From positions 19,861 through 83,860 of IMG/VR virus record IMGVR_UViG_3300020050_009836: a stretch of DNA of 64,000 nt. The stretch is one strand, 5' to 3'. Position numbers and translations under genes: made by a program. Source of the stretch: a virus (taxonomy: Duplodnaviria > Caudoviricetes). The notes under the pieces were generated by a model. The model made no database searches. It was not told where the DNA came from and saw nothing but the letters and a program-made list of their open reading frames with translations. Shown here piece after piece: positions 9,887 to 19,503 of this stretch. Numbering within the stretch: the first letter of the stretch is position 1; every line of letters begins with the position of its first letter.

Positions 9887-11027
9887 GAATGCCTCCTGTC
9901 ATGCCCGGATGCATCAGTAGTCCACCACTAGGTGCAAGTTTTTGCACTGCACCAGCGTCTGGATTTCCCGCCCACGTTGCGTTATATAGGTCAACAGTAG
10001 GCGCACCAGTGCTGTTTCCAAATCCAATATTTGGACTGTTTGGATACGGCGCAAAAGTATCATTACCAGTTAGACCATTGATGCGTTCATAGGCTAACGA
10101 CACGCCAGCACTACCAGCGGTAACACTTGTCACGCTGGTTGCCGTATTTTGTAGCGTTACCATAATCAGACGATTGTACGTTTGTACAACTGCACCAGAT
10201 GTAGCACCAAAGATGTTGCCACGAATCAAGACGCAGTTTTTGACTATGCTTGGATGTGTCGTATTAGTGCTTGAGATATAGATAGTTTGACTGTCAAATC
10301 CTTGGAAGTGACAGTTATGTATTTTTACGCCATTACCATCTGAACCGGTTCCGGATTGTGTAAAAACCATGGCTTGACCAGTAGGAGGACATCCTAAGAA
10401 TATACAGTCCTTGATGTTTATATTCACATCGTAGGTGCTTGTGTGACGTTCGGCTGTAACACTAAAACATTGAGCACTTAAAAGTACACACCGGTCAAGC
10501 GTAAAGTCATAAGGAGTTCCAGCCGTATTTGTCATCTGGAATATCTGATTATTTAATTGCACTACACTAAAAACGCATTTAGTAAAAGTCCAACCACGAC
10601 AGGTCGTAAGTGCAATCGTATAACCACTAGTCCAAGTATCAAAATATAACGATTCCCAGTTGATGTAGTTTTTGCTTGTTGCTTGCAGTTGTCTGTAACC
10701 TGCTGATGTAGGGTTAGTAATATCAGTAGGAAAAACAGTCCAACGCACAACACCTGCGGTTGTGGCTGTCCACGCTTGGGTAGCGAGTGGGTCACCCTTG
10801 ATGTTGATTTTATTACCGACTGTACCGCTACCACCGTCATAGGGTAGAGCGGCACTCAGAGTTTCACGATACACGCCCGGTGCAATCCAGACTGTGTCAC
10901 CAGCGATTAGCCCCGGATTAGTACCAGTCGCAGCACCGATGGCAAAAGATATCTTAAGCCAAGGCGTGGTTGGGCTTGTGCCATTATTGGAGTCTGACCC
11001 ATAAGTGGCTACATAGTAAGTCGCCAT
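9879..11027 (-). CDS. beta-helix protein lacking the C-terminal domains, 382 aa
   Basis: MATYYV N-terminus; ends in GGLLMHPGMTGGIRG. Confidence 0.75.
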   Translation of the reverse strand: MATYYVATYGSDSNNGTSPTTPWLKISFAIGAATGTNPGLIAGDTVWIAPGVYRETLSAALPYDGGSGTVGNKINIKGDPLATQAWTATTAGVVRWTVFPTDITNPTSAGYRQLQATSKNYINWESLYFDTWTSGYTIALTTCRGWTFTKCVFSVVQLNNQIFQMTNTAGTPYDFTLDRCVLLSAQCFSVTAERHTSTYDVNINIKDCIFLGCPPTGQAMVFTQSGTGSDGNGVKIHNCHFQGFDSQTIYISSTNTTHPSIVKNCVLIRGNIFGATSGAVVQTYNRLIMVTLQNTATSVTSVTAGSAGVSLAYERINGLTGNDTFAPYPNSPNIGFGNSTGAPTVDLYNATWAGNPDAGAVQKLAPSGGLLMHPGMTGGIRG

Positions 11028-11254
11028 TATTCGGCAGTTCCTTGTGTTATCTGTTGAGCCATAATCACCGCAAACTGACTAACAATATTGAACTGAAAGT
11101 CTGCATCCTGTGAAACCCACCAAATATTGATGCTAGTTCCATCAGGACCAAACGTGCCAATTTGCGTTCCCGAATCATCAAAAATATTGCCGTAAACACG
11201 CCAATCAGTGCTTGGAGCAGGTTCTTTTTCAATCCGAAAGTTCTGTAAGTTCAT
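11027..11254 (-). CDS. small acidic protein, paralogue family ending G-T-x-E
   Basis: DWRVYG..IGTFGPDG..WWVSQD..FQ..GTAE. Confidence 0.8.
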   Translation of the reverse strand: MNLQNFRIEKEPAPSTDWRVYGNIFDDSGTQIGTFGPDGTSINIWWVSQDADFQFNIVSQFAVIMAQQITQGTAE

Positions 11255-11547
11255 CTACATTCACCTTTGGCTATCGTTTTCCATCTCATTCTATGCCAAA
11301 CGAATGCCCATGAAAACAATCCAGCAAGTCCTACATTTAACACTATCTCAGAAACAGGTGGAGTTGACAGCGACAACACGTTCATCAATGCACCAGCGGC
11401 AATCATTGCAAGAGACAACTTTATCAACAACCGCATGTGTAAAGCCATACTTGACAGAGGGCTGTGGTCTGCTTGAAGCATAGCAATAAATCCAGTTATT
11501 GATACTGCAATAATGCCTGACGATATGGCATTAATCAGCGTTGCCAT
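11251..11547 (-). CDS. membrane protein (about 3 TM)
   Basis: Three hydrophobic stretches; coupled within the operon. Confidence 0.7.
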   Translation of the reverse strand: MATLINAISSGIIAVSITGFIAMLQADHSPLSSMALHMRLLIKLSLAMIAAGALMNVLSLSTPPVSEIVLNVGLAGLFSWAFVWHRMRWKTIAKGECR

Positions 11548-11848
11548 TCTTCTTTACCTCTGTTGTTGTTTTTGTTATTTGCAACTTTTCAGTAATGAAC
11601 TCAACACCACGTAAACCAAGCGTCCCCATCAAAAAACTCAAACCAAGCATATACTTAGGGTCATTGATTTTTAGTAGGTCAGCAATTATCGGAGTCAGAT
11701 ATGTTGCACTTGCTGTGCCAGACAGAACAGCAATTACCAGACCACCGATGTTCTTATGACTTTGCCGTGATACCCCAACAAGGCTGCCGAAAAAACCAGC
11801 AACAATCTGTTGTATCTCTTCCGAGCTCAGACCTCTATCAAATGACAT
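11531..11848 (-). CDS. holin-like membrane protein
   Basis: About 3 TM segments and a charged C-terminal tail; late-operon position. Confidence 0.55.
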   Translation of the reverse strand: MSFDRGLSSEEIQQIVAGFFGSLVGVSRQSHKNIGGLVIAVLSGTASATYLTPIIADLLKINDPKYMLGLSFLMGTLGLRGVEFITEKLQITKTTTEVKKNGNAD

Positions 11849-12194
11849 CTTCTGTCTCCCGTGTCGCTTTATTACGGCTGAGCACCGTTCCGACAGTTGT
11901 TATTTTCATCTCTTCTTCAAGTTGCTGGATAGCCGCCTGTTTGGCACTTTGAAGTTGAAACGTTGGTACGTCTTTATCCTGACGTATAAAGAAGGCGATA
12001 CAGGCACTAACTGCTGCTGGTACACCGCCTTGAAGTCCTTCAATACAGGAGATAGTAAATGCCTTCATGACTAAGCCAAAAGATGCAGTGTCTGGTATAT
12101 GTTGTGTCTTCCAACTAGAGTCGAACTCAGGTCCGAAGCCAACCATAAAAGCACCTAGGGCTATCAAGAATAAACGTCCGTAAGCAATGTTCAT
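11838..12194 (-). CDS. membrane protein, hypothetical
   Basis: N-terminal hydrophobic helix and a coiled C-terminus. Confidence 0.65.
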   Translation of the reverse strand: MNIAYGRLFLIALGAFMVGFGPEFDSSWKTQHIPDTASFGLVMKAFTISCIEGLQGGVPAAVSACIAFFIRQDKDVPTFQLQSAKQAAIQQLEEEMKITTVGTVLSRNKATRETEDVI

Positions 12195-12604
12195 AGGGCA
12201 TCTACTCCAGTATCAGAAACAACGTCAGCATTAGCGATAAGCAATAAAGCATCTGAACGACCGTAGTCCACAGACTTGATATTAAACACTCTTTGCCTCA
12301 TCGTCCCACTTACAACTTTAACTCTGTCCTTGGGCATCAGGGAGGTTCCTGTGGGCATATAAATCTGCCAGTTGCTTCTAGCCTGTAGCACTCCACCTTC
12401 AAGGGATTCTTTACCGTCACTGAAAACTATTCTTGCTTTGACTGCCTTGACGAGTCGCCAATCAGATGTGATTCCACCCATGCCGTCAGACTGGGGTAAG
12501 TCACGAAGTACTTGTACCTCCGTACTGCATGCACGGCGTACCATCTCAGCACGAATTGGTGATAGAGCATCTTGATTAAACATAGACAAGATAAATGTAC
12601 ACAA
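12191..12604 (-). CDS. head-closure / head-tail joining protein (SPP1 gp16-like)
   Basis: DGMGG..W..V.ARI...W.IY.P....PKDRV..F.I..V pattern; position after the adaptor gene. Confidence 0.65.
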   Translation of the reverse strand: MCTFILSMFNQDALSPIRAEMVRRACSTEVQVLRDLPQSDGMGGITSDWRLVKAVKARIVFSDGKESLEGGVLQARSNWQIYMPTGTSLMPKDRVKVVSGTMRQRVFNIKSVDYGRSDALLLIANADVVSDTGVDAL

Positions 12605-12683
12605 AGTCTGAACACATATCTATGGAATCTGCGTTGACAGTGGTCTACATGGGGTGTAGTATCTCTACGGTGTGTTTCGCATG

Positions 12684-12716
12684 AAAAAAAGACCTACCTT
12701 CCGGTAGGTCTTTTTT
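12684..12716. terminator. intrinsic terminator, symmetric
   Basis: A7-GACCTACC-TTCC-GGTAGGTC-T6. Confidence 0.8.
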
Positions 12717-13191
12717 AGTAGATGTTGTATGGACGGTATCTTTCAGCCGTCTTTAAACAGTTTTCATACAACTGATTCATCTTGATGTCAACAGACTCAT
12801 CTTTAGAATCAGCAAACTCGGTACAGCGTTGTGCTTTTAGTAGCCATCCACGCCAAGCGGCTCGCTTGACATCGTAACGTTCAGTCCAAGCACTTCCATC
12901 ATCAGCCCACTCACATGTGCCATCTGTTTGGAGTTTGCCCTTGTATGGGTTAGTTGTCCAAGACGGCTCGGTCTCACCTGTTGTACCGGCTCCGATACAA
13001 ACGTAGATACGACCATTGCGTGTAGCCGGAAAAACTATGTCGTCAACTTGATATGCGGTTTCTGGTTCCCAAAGGTAGCCACGTTGGCTTTCATCCACTA
13101 GAGTCAACAAATCATCTGACGACAAAACAGGTTGCCTATCAGCACTGCACATACGTGCTAAATCTAAAGCGATTTGTTCTCTTGTTTTCAT
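12715..13191 (-). CDS. head-tail adaptor with an inserted carbohydrate-binding-like module
   Basis: Position after the capsid genes; W.PETAYQVDD.V..NGRIYVC..AGTTG..EPSW..DGT..W resembles CBM5/12-like inserts. Confidence 0.55.
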   Translation of the reverse strand: MKTREQIALDLARMCSADRQPVLSSDDLLTLVDESQRGYLWEPETAYQVDDIVFPATRNGRIYVCIGAGTTGETEPSWTTNPYKGKLQTDGTCEWADDGSAWTERYDVKRAAWRGWLLKAQRCTEFADSKDESVDIKMNQLYENCLKTAERYRPYNIY

Positions 13192-13203
13192 ATGTTAGAG
13201 ACC

Positions 13204-13238
13204 AAGTGGGCAGGTGGGATTTTCCCACCTGCCCACTT
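13204..13238. other. perfect 16-bp hairpin between capsid-associated and adaptor genes
   Basis: AAGTGGGCAGGTGGGA-TTT-TCCCACCTGCCCACTT with no U-tract; probably an attenuator or mRNA stabiliser. Confidence 0.6.
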
Positions 13239-13243
13239 ATGGA

Positions 13244-13678
13244 TTACAGAATAATTTCTGTTCCGGTTACGCCACGGGTTGCAGCCGTAGAAGGTGCTTC
13301 CTTCTGGCGGGACAACTCACCCCAAGCAGCAGCGAGAGTTGGACCAGCACCAGCCGTGAGAGCCAGTTTGATGTAACGTCGTCGCTTGCGGGTGTCAAGT
13401 TGGAATGCCCAAATCTTGCCGTTGTCGGTTGTAGCCGTAACGGTAAGAGTCGTGGTACCAGCGACATCAACAAAGGTGCTGTTGTCGTCGGACTCAGTCA
13501 ACTTAAAGTTACCAGATGTGACGTTTGCTCCAACGCTACCAAAGTAGACGTAGACAGTAGCCCAGTCTGCCTTGACGCCCTGTTGAACAGTGTCAAGAGT
13601 AGTCGTTGTGAATGCAGCACCGTTTGCGGAAACGGGTGCAAGCATCGTCATGATTTTGCTATCTTGCGAACTAACCAT
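13244..13678 (-). CDS. capsid-associated (decoration-like) protein
   Basis: Directly after the major capsid gene, good SD, beta-rich 144 aa. Confidence 0.55.
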   Translation of the reverse strand: MVSSQDSKIMTMLAPVSANGAAFTTTTLDTVQQGVKADWATVYVYFGSVGANVTSGNFKLTESDDNSTFVDVAGTTTLTVTATTDNGKIWAFQLDTRKRRRYIKLALTAGAGPTLAAAWGELSRQKEAPSTAATRGVTGTEIIL

Positions 13679-13728
13679 AGTTTTATCCTCAGCCTAGGGG
13701 ACTAACCCCTAGGCTAATTTCAAAGTGA

Positions 13729-15090
13729 TTACGAAGCAGCCGTAATCAGACCAACGATAGGACCCGGCTGGCGAAGAGCCGCAGTTGACGAAGCGTTTCC
13801 AACGTCATGGACGTTGATATCGTAACGCTGTGTACCACGGAGGGTCAGTTCGTCGGTCGTGAAGGCAGCATGCTCGGAAAGAGCAAGCGTAACGTCACGG
13901 CGGTCACCAAGCATGGAACCAAGGCGAAGGTCGCCAAGGAGACAACATACCTGTGAGTTAGCCTCATCCTTAGGCATGACCTGTGCAAACTCCACTGGAT
14001 AACCCATGAAGTATTGGCGTGGGATGCCGTTGATGATTTCGGTCGAAGTAACACCACCGGTTGCTTCAGCCAACTTACACATGACCTCATGGTAGAAGGA
14101 GCGGTGAACAATCCACCGTGCACCAGCACCGTCAGCGTACTGTGGAAGACGACCGATAACCTTGCGGAAGTCGGACAGAATCAACTCGGAGTAAGCGTTT
14201 CCGGTTCCAACTACGAGACCAGCGATATTAGCGATGGTTCCGTCAAGACCCTTGATTTTCTCACGGACACCGACGATACCGCCGTATGTGGAGGTGCCGT
14301 CGCCGTTGAAACCAGCGTTGTCTTCAGCGTTTGCAAATGCATATGCGATTTCGTCGGAAACCGTGTTTGCAATTTCAATCGTGGAGTCTTCGTTGAGTTC
14401 AGCAGTCAACTTAGCAATAACGCCAAGCTTCTTGGTTACCAAGCGAACACGGTCCCAGTTGAGTTCGGACTCGTTGATGGTTGCGCCTTCTCCAACGTAG
14501 AACGCTGTCAAGCCACCCTTACGGCGTGGACGGGACTGCGTGTCAGAGGTCATTGGGACAACACGGGTCAGACGGCGGAACACACCATACTGCTCACGGA
14601 GGTCGATGAGGTCGTTGAGGAACTCTTCAGGAACAAGGAATCCACCGACTTCGTTCTCGAACTCGTTGTGACCCTTGATTTCAATTCCACGCTCACGGCA
14701 CCATGTTGCTGCCTTAGCATTTCCAGCAGGTCCACCAAGGAACCACTGTCCAAAGCGGTAAGCCTTGAGTGCGCGCTCCTGTTGCGTAGCACCAGCAAAG
14801 TTGGTAACACGGTTGCCAGCAGGGAGGCGGAGTGCCTTCATTGCATCAACTTCAGCACGGTCAGCAGCAGACTTTACTGCTGGTTCTGGCTTAGGTGCTT
14901 CGTATGGAAGTGCATTTGTCTCGGAGATGGAGCGCAGGGACTTGATACGGAGGGAAATGCCTTCATTCTCTTCAATCAAAGTTGCGGCATCTGCCGGGTC
15001 AAGGTTCATGTCTGCGAGAATAGCCTGAGCGGTAGCCTTGTTGGCTTCCATCTTGGACTCAAGCGAGTTGATACGGGAAATAATATCCAT
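13729..15090 (-). CDS. major capsid protein, HK97 fold
   Basis: GGFLVPEEF, KKLGVIAKLTAEL.EDS, F.GDG and DLRLG..LGDR motifs; coiled delta-domain N-terminus. Confidence 0.93.
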   Translation of the reverse strand: MDIISRINSLESKMEANKATAQAILADMNLDPADAATLIEENEGISLRIKSLRSISETNALPYEAPKPEPAVKSAADRAEVDAMKALRLPAGNRVTNFAGATQQERALKAYRFGQWFLGGPAGNAKAATWCRERGIEIKGHNEFENEVGGFLVPEEFLNDLIDLREQYGVFRRLTRVVPMTSDTQSRPRRKGGLTAFYVGEGATINESELNWDRVRLVTKKLGVIAKLTAELNEDSTIEIANTVSDEIAYAFANAEDNAGFNGDGTSTYGGIVGVREKIKGLDGTIANIAGLVVGTGNAYSELILSDFRKVIGRLPQYADGAGARWIVHRSFYHEVMCKLAEATGGVTSTEIINGIPRQYFMGYPVEFAQVMPKDEANSQVCCLLGDLRLGSMLGDRRDVTLALSEHAAFTTDELTLRGTQRYDINVHDVGNASSTAALRQPGPIVGLITAAS

Positions 15091-15102
15091 ATCTATACCT
15101 TT

Positions 15103-16815
15103 CTAGTTTTGCATTCTCTGTGCGAGAAGTTTGCGGGTCAGTTCATCTCGCATGCGACGAGCTTGCTCATCATCATACGATTTGACATCTTCCTGAACTG
15201 GTTCTTCAGTCTCTTCTGTTGCTTCCACAACTTCAGTTTCTACTACTACCAATTCTTCAGCGGTTTCAGTAACAACTTCATCAGTCACTACTGGCTCAGC
15301 GTCTTCTGTTGTTTGTTCAACAACTTCTTCCACTGGTTGAACATCTGCTGACTTAAAGTCAACTTCGTCCACTTCGGCTTCTTCCACTGCATCGCACAGT
15401 GCCTTCCACCCATGAGAAGCAAGCATTTTTGCTTCCCGGCGAGAAAGACTGAGTACCTCACGCACCCGTCGCTCGAATTCCGTAACGCTAGTCGGCTTGG
15501 ACTTAGCGAAAATACATTTCAGGTCAACCGCTTCCTTCATAGGACGCTTACGGTTGTACATATAACTACGTAACATCGTACCGAAGGTATCAACATTGTT
15601 CATGAGGGTTGAATGGTACTCATCCATATCCTCTTCTTCAACTTCACCTTCATTGAGTGCTGTTAGCATCTCTTGGTAAGCCATCATCAAGTGGGAGAGG
15701 ATGCTTGAAAGACCTTGTGCGTCTACGCCTTCCATCTCTCGCTCTGAGTACATAGGAGGCATACCGCCACCACCCATCATCTCGTCAGGCTCACCACGGT
15801 ATGGACGCTTCTTGCCGGGTCCACACATATCCATTGCATCTTCTTCTTCAATGAGTCCGTAACCCATGCCGTAACCAGCCATTTCATCGGCTGATGGACG
15901 GTTGGACATAACACGCTTTTTGCGTGGGTACATCCAAGAATATGTATTTACTTCAGGCATTCGCATCTTAGGTTTCACCGCTGGCATAGGCATCATCTGA
16001 GGTTTAGGGTAACCACCGCCACATTTCATAGGATTTTCTATCTTCGTCAATGTACCTGCTCGATGAACAGTAAGCACATCCGACAACTCTTCGTCACCAT
16101 CGTTGTTAGTTGCAAAGACACGCACCTGATAAGCAGGTTGTGCTTCTGTGCCAATCATTGGCTTTCCGGCTGGTTTAGGAGATAGTTGACCATTCGTGGA
16201 TACGGCAGTAATACGTCCTTGTGCCATGCCACCAGATGACTGCCAACGAACATTGTCTCCGACCTTCAAGTCACCGACTTCAGCCTTGAACTCATCAGTG
16301 CTTACAAGACTCGCAAAGTTAGATAAAGACTTAGCAAAAGCAAGGTTACGTGGTTCGGCAGGACGTGGTGTAAGGCTTGCTTCAGCAAGAGGCCATACTG
16401 TCAATAGATTTGAGTCACCATCAAAAGACTTCTCACGAACAACGAGATGACCAGCCGCTCCACTTGAAAAGCCTAAGCGACCTTCAACGGCAAGCCTCTT
16501 AATCATTTCTCGATACTGGTCAGACATTTGAATCTGACCTTCGTACCAAAGTCCTGCTTCTTTGACAACTATTCGACCTGCGCCGACAGCCTTCTTACCA
16601 ACGACCGGGTCCATACCGTGAGCATAGTAGAGATTCATTGGCATAGAATCACCTATCTTCAACGGTCGCCCAAAGTCACACTGAGGTGAAAAGACATCGC
16701 CTTCAAGGTCTTTGCCACCAAAGCGTATAAGGTAACCACGGACTTTACCGTCTGTGGTGGCTTTTACTTCATCGCCAAAGCGAATCACAATTTCGTTGTC
16801 GTAATCTACTGACAT
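15103..16815 (-). CDS. prohead protease fused to extra domains and a scaffold-like acidic tail
   Basis: GYLIRFG..DL.GD.F, HG, GL.YEG, GFSSGA and E.SLTP.PAEPRN are HK97-type protease motifs. Confidence 0.85.
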   Translation of the reverse strand: MSVDYDNEIVIRFGDEVKATTDGKVRGYLIRFGGKDLEGDVFSPQCDFGRPLKIGDSMPMNLYYAHGMDPVVGKKAVGAGRIVVKEAGLWYEGQIQMSDQYREMIKRLAVEGRLGFSSGAAGHLVVREKSFDGDSNLLTVWPLAEASLTPRPAEPRNLAFAKSLSNFASLVSTDEFKAEVGDLKVGDNVRWQSSGGMAQGRITAVSTNGQLSPKPAGKPMIGTEAQPAYQVRVFATNNDGDEELSDVLTVHRAGTLTKIENPMKCGGGYPKPQMMPMPAVKPKMRMPEVNTYSWMYPRKKRVMSNRPSADEMAGYGMGYGLIEEEDAMDMCGPGKKRPYRGEPDEMMGGGGMPPMYSEREMEGVDAQGLSSILSHLMMAYQEMLTALNEGEVEEEDMDEYHSTLMNNVDTFGTMLRSYMYNRKRPMKEAVDLKCIFAKSKPTSVTEFERRVREVLSLSRREAKMLASHGWKALCDAVEEAEVDEVDFKSADVQPVEEVVEQTTEDAEPVVTDEVVTETAEELVVVETEVVEATEETEEPVQEDVKSYDDEQARRMRDELTRKLLAQRMQN

Positions 16816-16840
16816 AGTTCTTTCATATCCTCTGCAAACG

Positions 16841-17737
16841 TCACGCTTGTTCAGAATTGTCTTCGTCTACAGTTAGTAATACATTTAGTGAATCACCTTT
16901 CAACCACTTTGCGTACCTGCCGTCACCAAGGACGGACTTCGCTTCGTAGGTTGGCAGTAATTCGAAGGCTTCATCCGCTGATTTAATGGACTTCACTTCT
17001 TCTGCAACATCATTTAAATAAAACAACGGAACACACTTGCAACCACTTCCGTGAGTCGTAAACGAACTAGTTAAATTAATATCTGTTCCGTGTACAAACC
17101 AGCATTCTGCTTTTGTCGTCACGTCGCAAGGGGTAACCGTCACACATTTGACGTTCTTGTCCCTTATAGTCAAGCGGACTACATCAGTAAAGATGTTTTT
17201 TGCAGCTTCAGTAAACACAGAAATTATATTGGATACAAAGTCTTCATCTGCATCAGCAATAGCCGACATAATTAATTCATGTGGTTGACTAAATGAAATA
17301 TTGTTTGCTGCCCTAGCATTGTCAACTATAGTTTCTATTTCACATTCCATCTGATAGTCAAGTTCAGGCGTAAATAGTTGCTTCAGGAAGTCACTTGCTT
17401 CTTCTTCACTGATTAACTGCTTGCCATTAAGCACTTCAGAACTTTCATTTAGTTCTTCAATAATCAGAGTCGCAAGAGATGACTTCGTTTCATCAAACTT
17501 ATCAAGCATCAGACTAGCGGTCGTGACAACTATGGTTTGCAGTCTACGCAAAAGTATTGCTGATGTCTGGGCATCAAGACCACTCATTTTAACCATAGTG
17601 CCGATGGCGTCAATAGACTCTCGTTGTTTTTTAAATTTATCTTTGAGTTGTTTGACTGTGCGGTTTACGCTCTGGTCGTACTCATCACTCAAACTTCTCA
17701 TGATGAGTAGTGCTTCATCTACACGTTCCGTGCTCAT
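16841..17737 (-). CDS. minor head protein, MuF/gp7-like (degenerate)
   Basis: Between portal and protease; C..HG...HGSGCKC resembles the MuF HPNCRC motif. Confidence 0.5.
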   Translation of the reverse strand: MSTERVDEALLIMRSLSDEYDQSVNRTVKQLKDKFKKQRESIDAIGTMVKMSGLDAQTSAILLRRLQTIVVTTASLMLDKFDETKSSLATLIIEELNESSEVLNGKQLISEEEASDFLKQLFTPELDYQMECEIETIVDNARAANNISFSQPHELIMSAIADADEDFVSNIISVFTEAAKNIFTDVVRLTIRDKNVKCVTVTPCDVTTKAECWFVHGTDINLTSSFTTHGSGCKCVPLFYLNDVAEEVKSIKSADEAFELLPTYEAKSVLGDGRYAKWLKGDSLNVLLTVDEDNSEQA

Positions 17738-19503
17738 TTACCTTCACGCTCTTTCATGATGCGGTCACGAATCTTTTTACTCCAAGATGCGCCAGCGTCA
17801 CCGCCCCACAAGTCCCATGCAACCCGTCCCTTGCTCGGAAAGCCATCTTGACCACTATTGAATCCAGTAGCCTGTTTATCAACTTCGTGTCGTGAGAAGA
17901 ATGAATACATGCGAAGGACAGTGCTCTCGGACAGACTCTCGCCATTCACTAACTGGTTGGCACGTGTCAAACCAATTATTGTCCCACCGGACTTGCCTTC
18001 TTTTTTCCACTGAAGTGCACGTCTGGCAGCGGATTGCATGCCAGACGTTGGCTTATAACCTTCAGCCTTTACTTCTTCTAGTTCAACTTCTGTTGCTTTT
18101 TGTTCTGGCTGGGGCGTTGGAGGTGTGGTTGGCGGCTCCGGCTGTACCGGTGGTTCTGTTGGTGTTTCGGGTGGCGTTGCGTTTGCTTCGACGCCCACTC
18201 CAGTCTGAGAGTTGATGCCTTCATCTTCACTTCTTGCTACCTCTCCAATCATCTTTCTGGCTTCAGCCTTATCGATGATTCCAGCAGCATACAGTGTTGT
18301 TGCTCTTGATACACGAAGCGATTCATCCTCTTGGAGTGCTGGTACTTCAGTATTGTCAAAAGCTACGATGTCATCTTCCTGCAAGTCAGTGTACTCAGGA
18401 ATCATCGCCATGGTGATTTGAGCACATAGTTGTTCTTGCAGAGGAATCATTCCATCTTCCCATGCAGCACGACGTGCTTCAGCATAGTTAGAGTAAGTAT
18501 TCCTCTCAAGTCCTGCACCAAGCCCCAGAACCATACAGTTCAATCCTAAGGCTGATGCAATTCTTTCTTCTGGTTTACGTCGTAGTTCATCAAGGCTTAA
18601 TTCAGCCGGTGACATCGACATCCTACTGATGGAGTAAGGCGCAGTAGATACTGCAATACCACCTGCATTGTCTCCGCAGAAATCTTCTTGTAAACGCTTT
18701 TTGAGGACTCGTGCATCCTCTTCCATGATTTCAACCATCATGTCACCAGAAGCTGGACCCACCATCAAGGACGGCATTGCGTTGTTCTTGAGAAGTGAAT
18801 AACTGACAGTGGAACTCTGGTTGTCTGCGGCAACTTCTTTTAGGACGGATGCTATCGTTGAGCGACCAACACGGATATCCATCGGGTCACGTAAATACCG
18901 CCAATGAATGATGTCTTCAGATGCTATGTCGTACTGGACTCCATCCACCATGTAGATGTACTCTTTTACGATAAGTTCAGGCTCACCCTTTGGGGTAACC
19001 ATGTCACACGGCAAGAACTGTAAGTAAACAACTTCACTACGGCGACCACCCTTGCGAACTTTTCGTGCATAGGCATTGCCTTGCAATTTCAAGTCCTGCG
19101 TAATCCATCCATAGAATGTGTTCGCCGGTACTCCCGGTGACGGATTTCTAAGAAGAGTCAGTAGTGGGTGTGTGTCGATAAGTTCAAACTTGTCAGATTT
19201 TGTATCCTGAACATTACGTTGAATTACCAACTTGCCTACATTTAGATTTCGGATATACCAATCAAGCCCGATGGCAATAATAGAGTTGAGACCAAGGTCA
19301 CCAGCCTCTTTTGCCCAATCAAGTTTGCTCGATGGTAGTTTGGTTGTGATGATGCTTTCAAGCCCACCGTTACCTGCACGTGCAACGGCACGGGTACGGT
19401 TTCGCGGCTGTGGAGCCTCAGCACTTGGGCGTAGAGTGACTTTTACTTCATCTTTACCCGTTAGGGCTAACCAAGCGTCAGAGAACCTGCTTAACAAGCC
19501 CAT
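17734..19503 (-). CDS. portal protein (HK97-like) with Pro-rich linker and extra C-terminal domain
   Basis: HPLL.LL.NP, LQGNAY, IIHWRY..P...G.S, NNAMPS, IASALG and YSNY.EA motifs. Confidence 0.9.
   Translation of the reverse strand: MGLLSRFSDAWLALTGKDEVKVTLRPSAEAPQPRNRTRAVARAGNGGLESIITTKLPSSKLDWAKEAGDLGLNSIIAIGLDWYIRNLNVGKLVIQRNVQDTKSDKFELIDTHPLLTLLRNPSPGVPANTFYGWITQDLKLQGNAYARKVRKGGRRSEVVYLQFLPCDMVTPKGEPELIVKEYIYMVDGVQYDIASEDIIHWRYLRDPMDIRVGRSTIASVLKEVAADNQSSTVSYSLLKNNAMPSLMVGPASGDMMVEIMEEDARVLKKRLQEDFCGDNAGGIAVSTAPYSISRMSMSPAELSLDELRRKPEERIASALGLNCMVLGLGAGLERNTYSNYAEARRAAWEDGMIPLQEQLCAQITMAMIPEYTDLQEDDIVAFDNTEVPALQEDESLRVSRATTLYAAGIIDKAEARKMIGEVARSEDEGINSQTGVGVEANATPPETPTEPPVQPEPPTTPPTPQPEQKATEVELEEVKAEGYKPTSGMQSAARRALQWKKEGKSGGTIIGLTRANQLVNGESLSESTVLRMYSFFSRHEVDKQATGFNSGQDGFPSKGRVAWDLWGGDAGASWSKKIRDRIMKEREGK

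Noticed and set aside
1-11027. Diversity-generating retroelement acting on the spike genes
   Set aside because: No reverse transcriptase is present, and paralogue differences are not confined to adenines. I saw no TR/VR pair.
14014-15351. 445-aa plus-strand ORF
   Set aside because: It is an antisense shadow of the major capsid gene, explained by codon bias, with no recognisable motifs or start signals.
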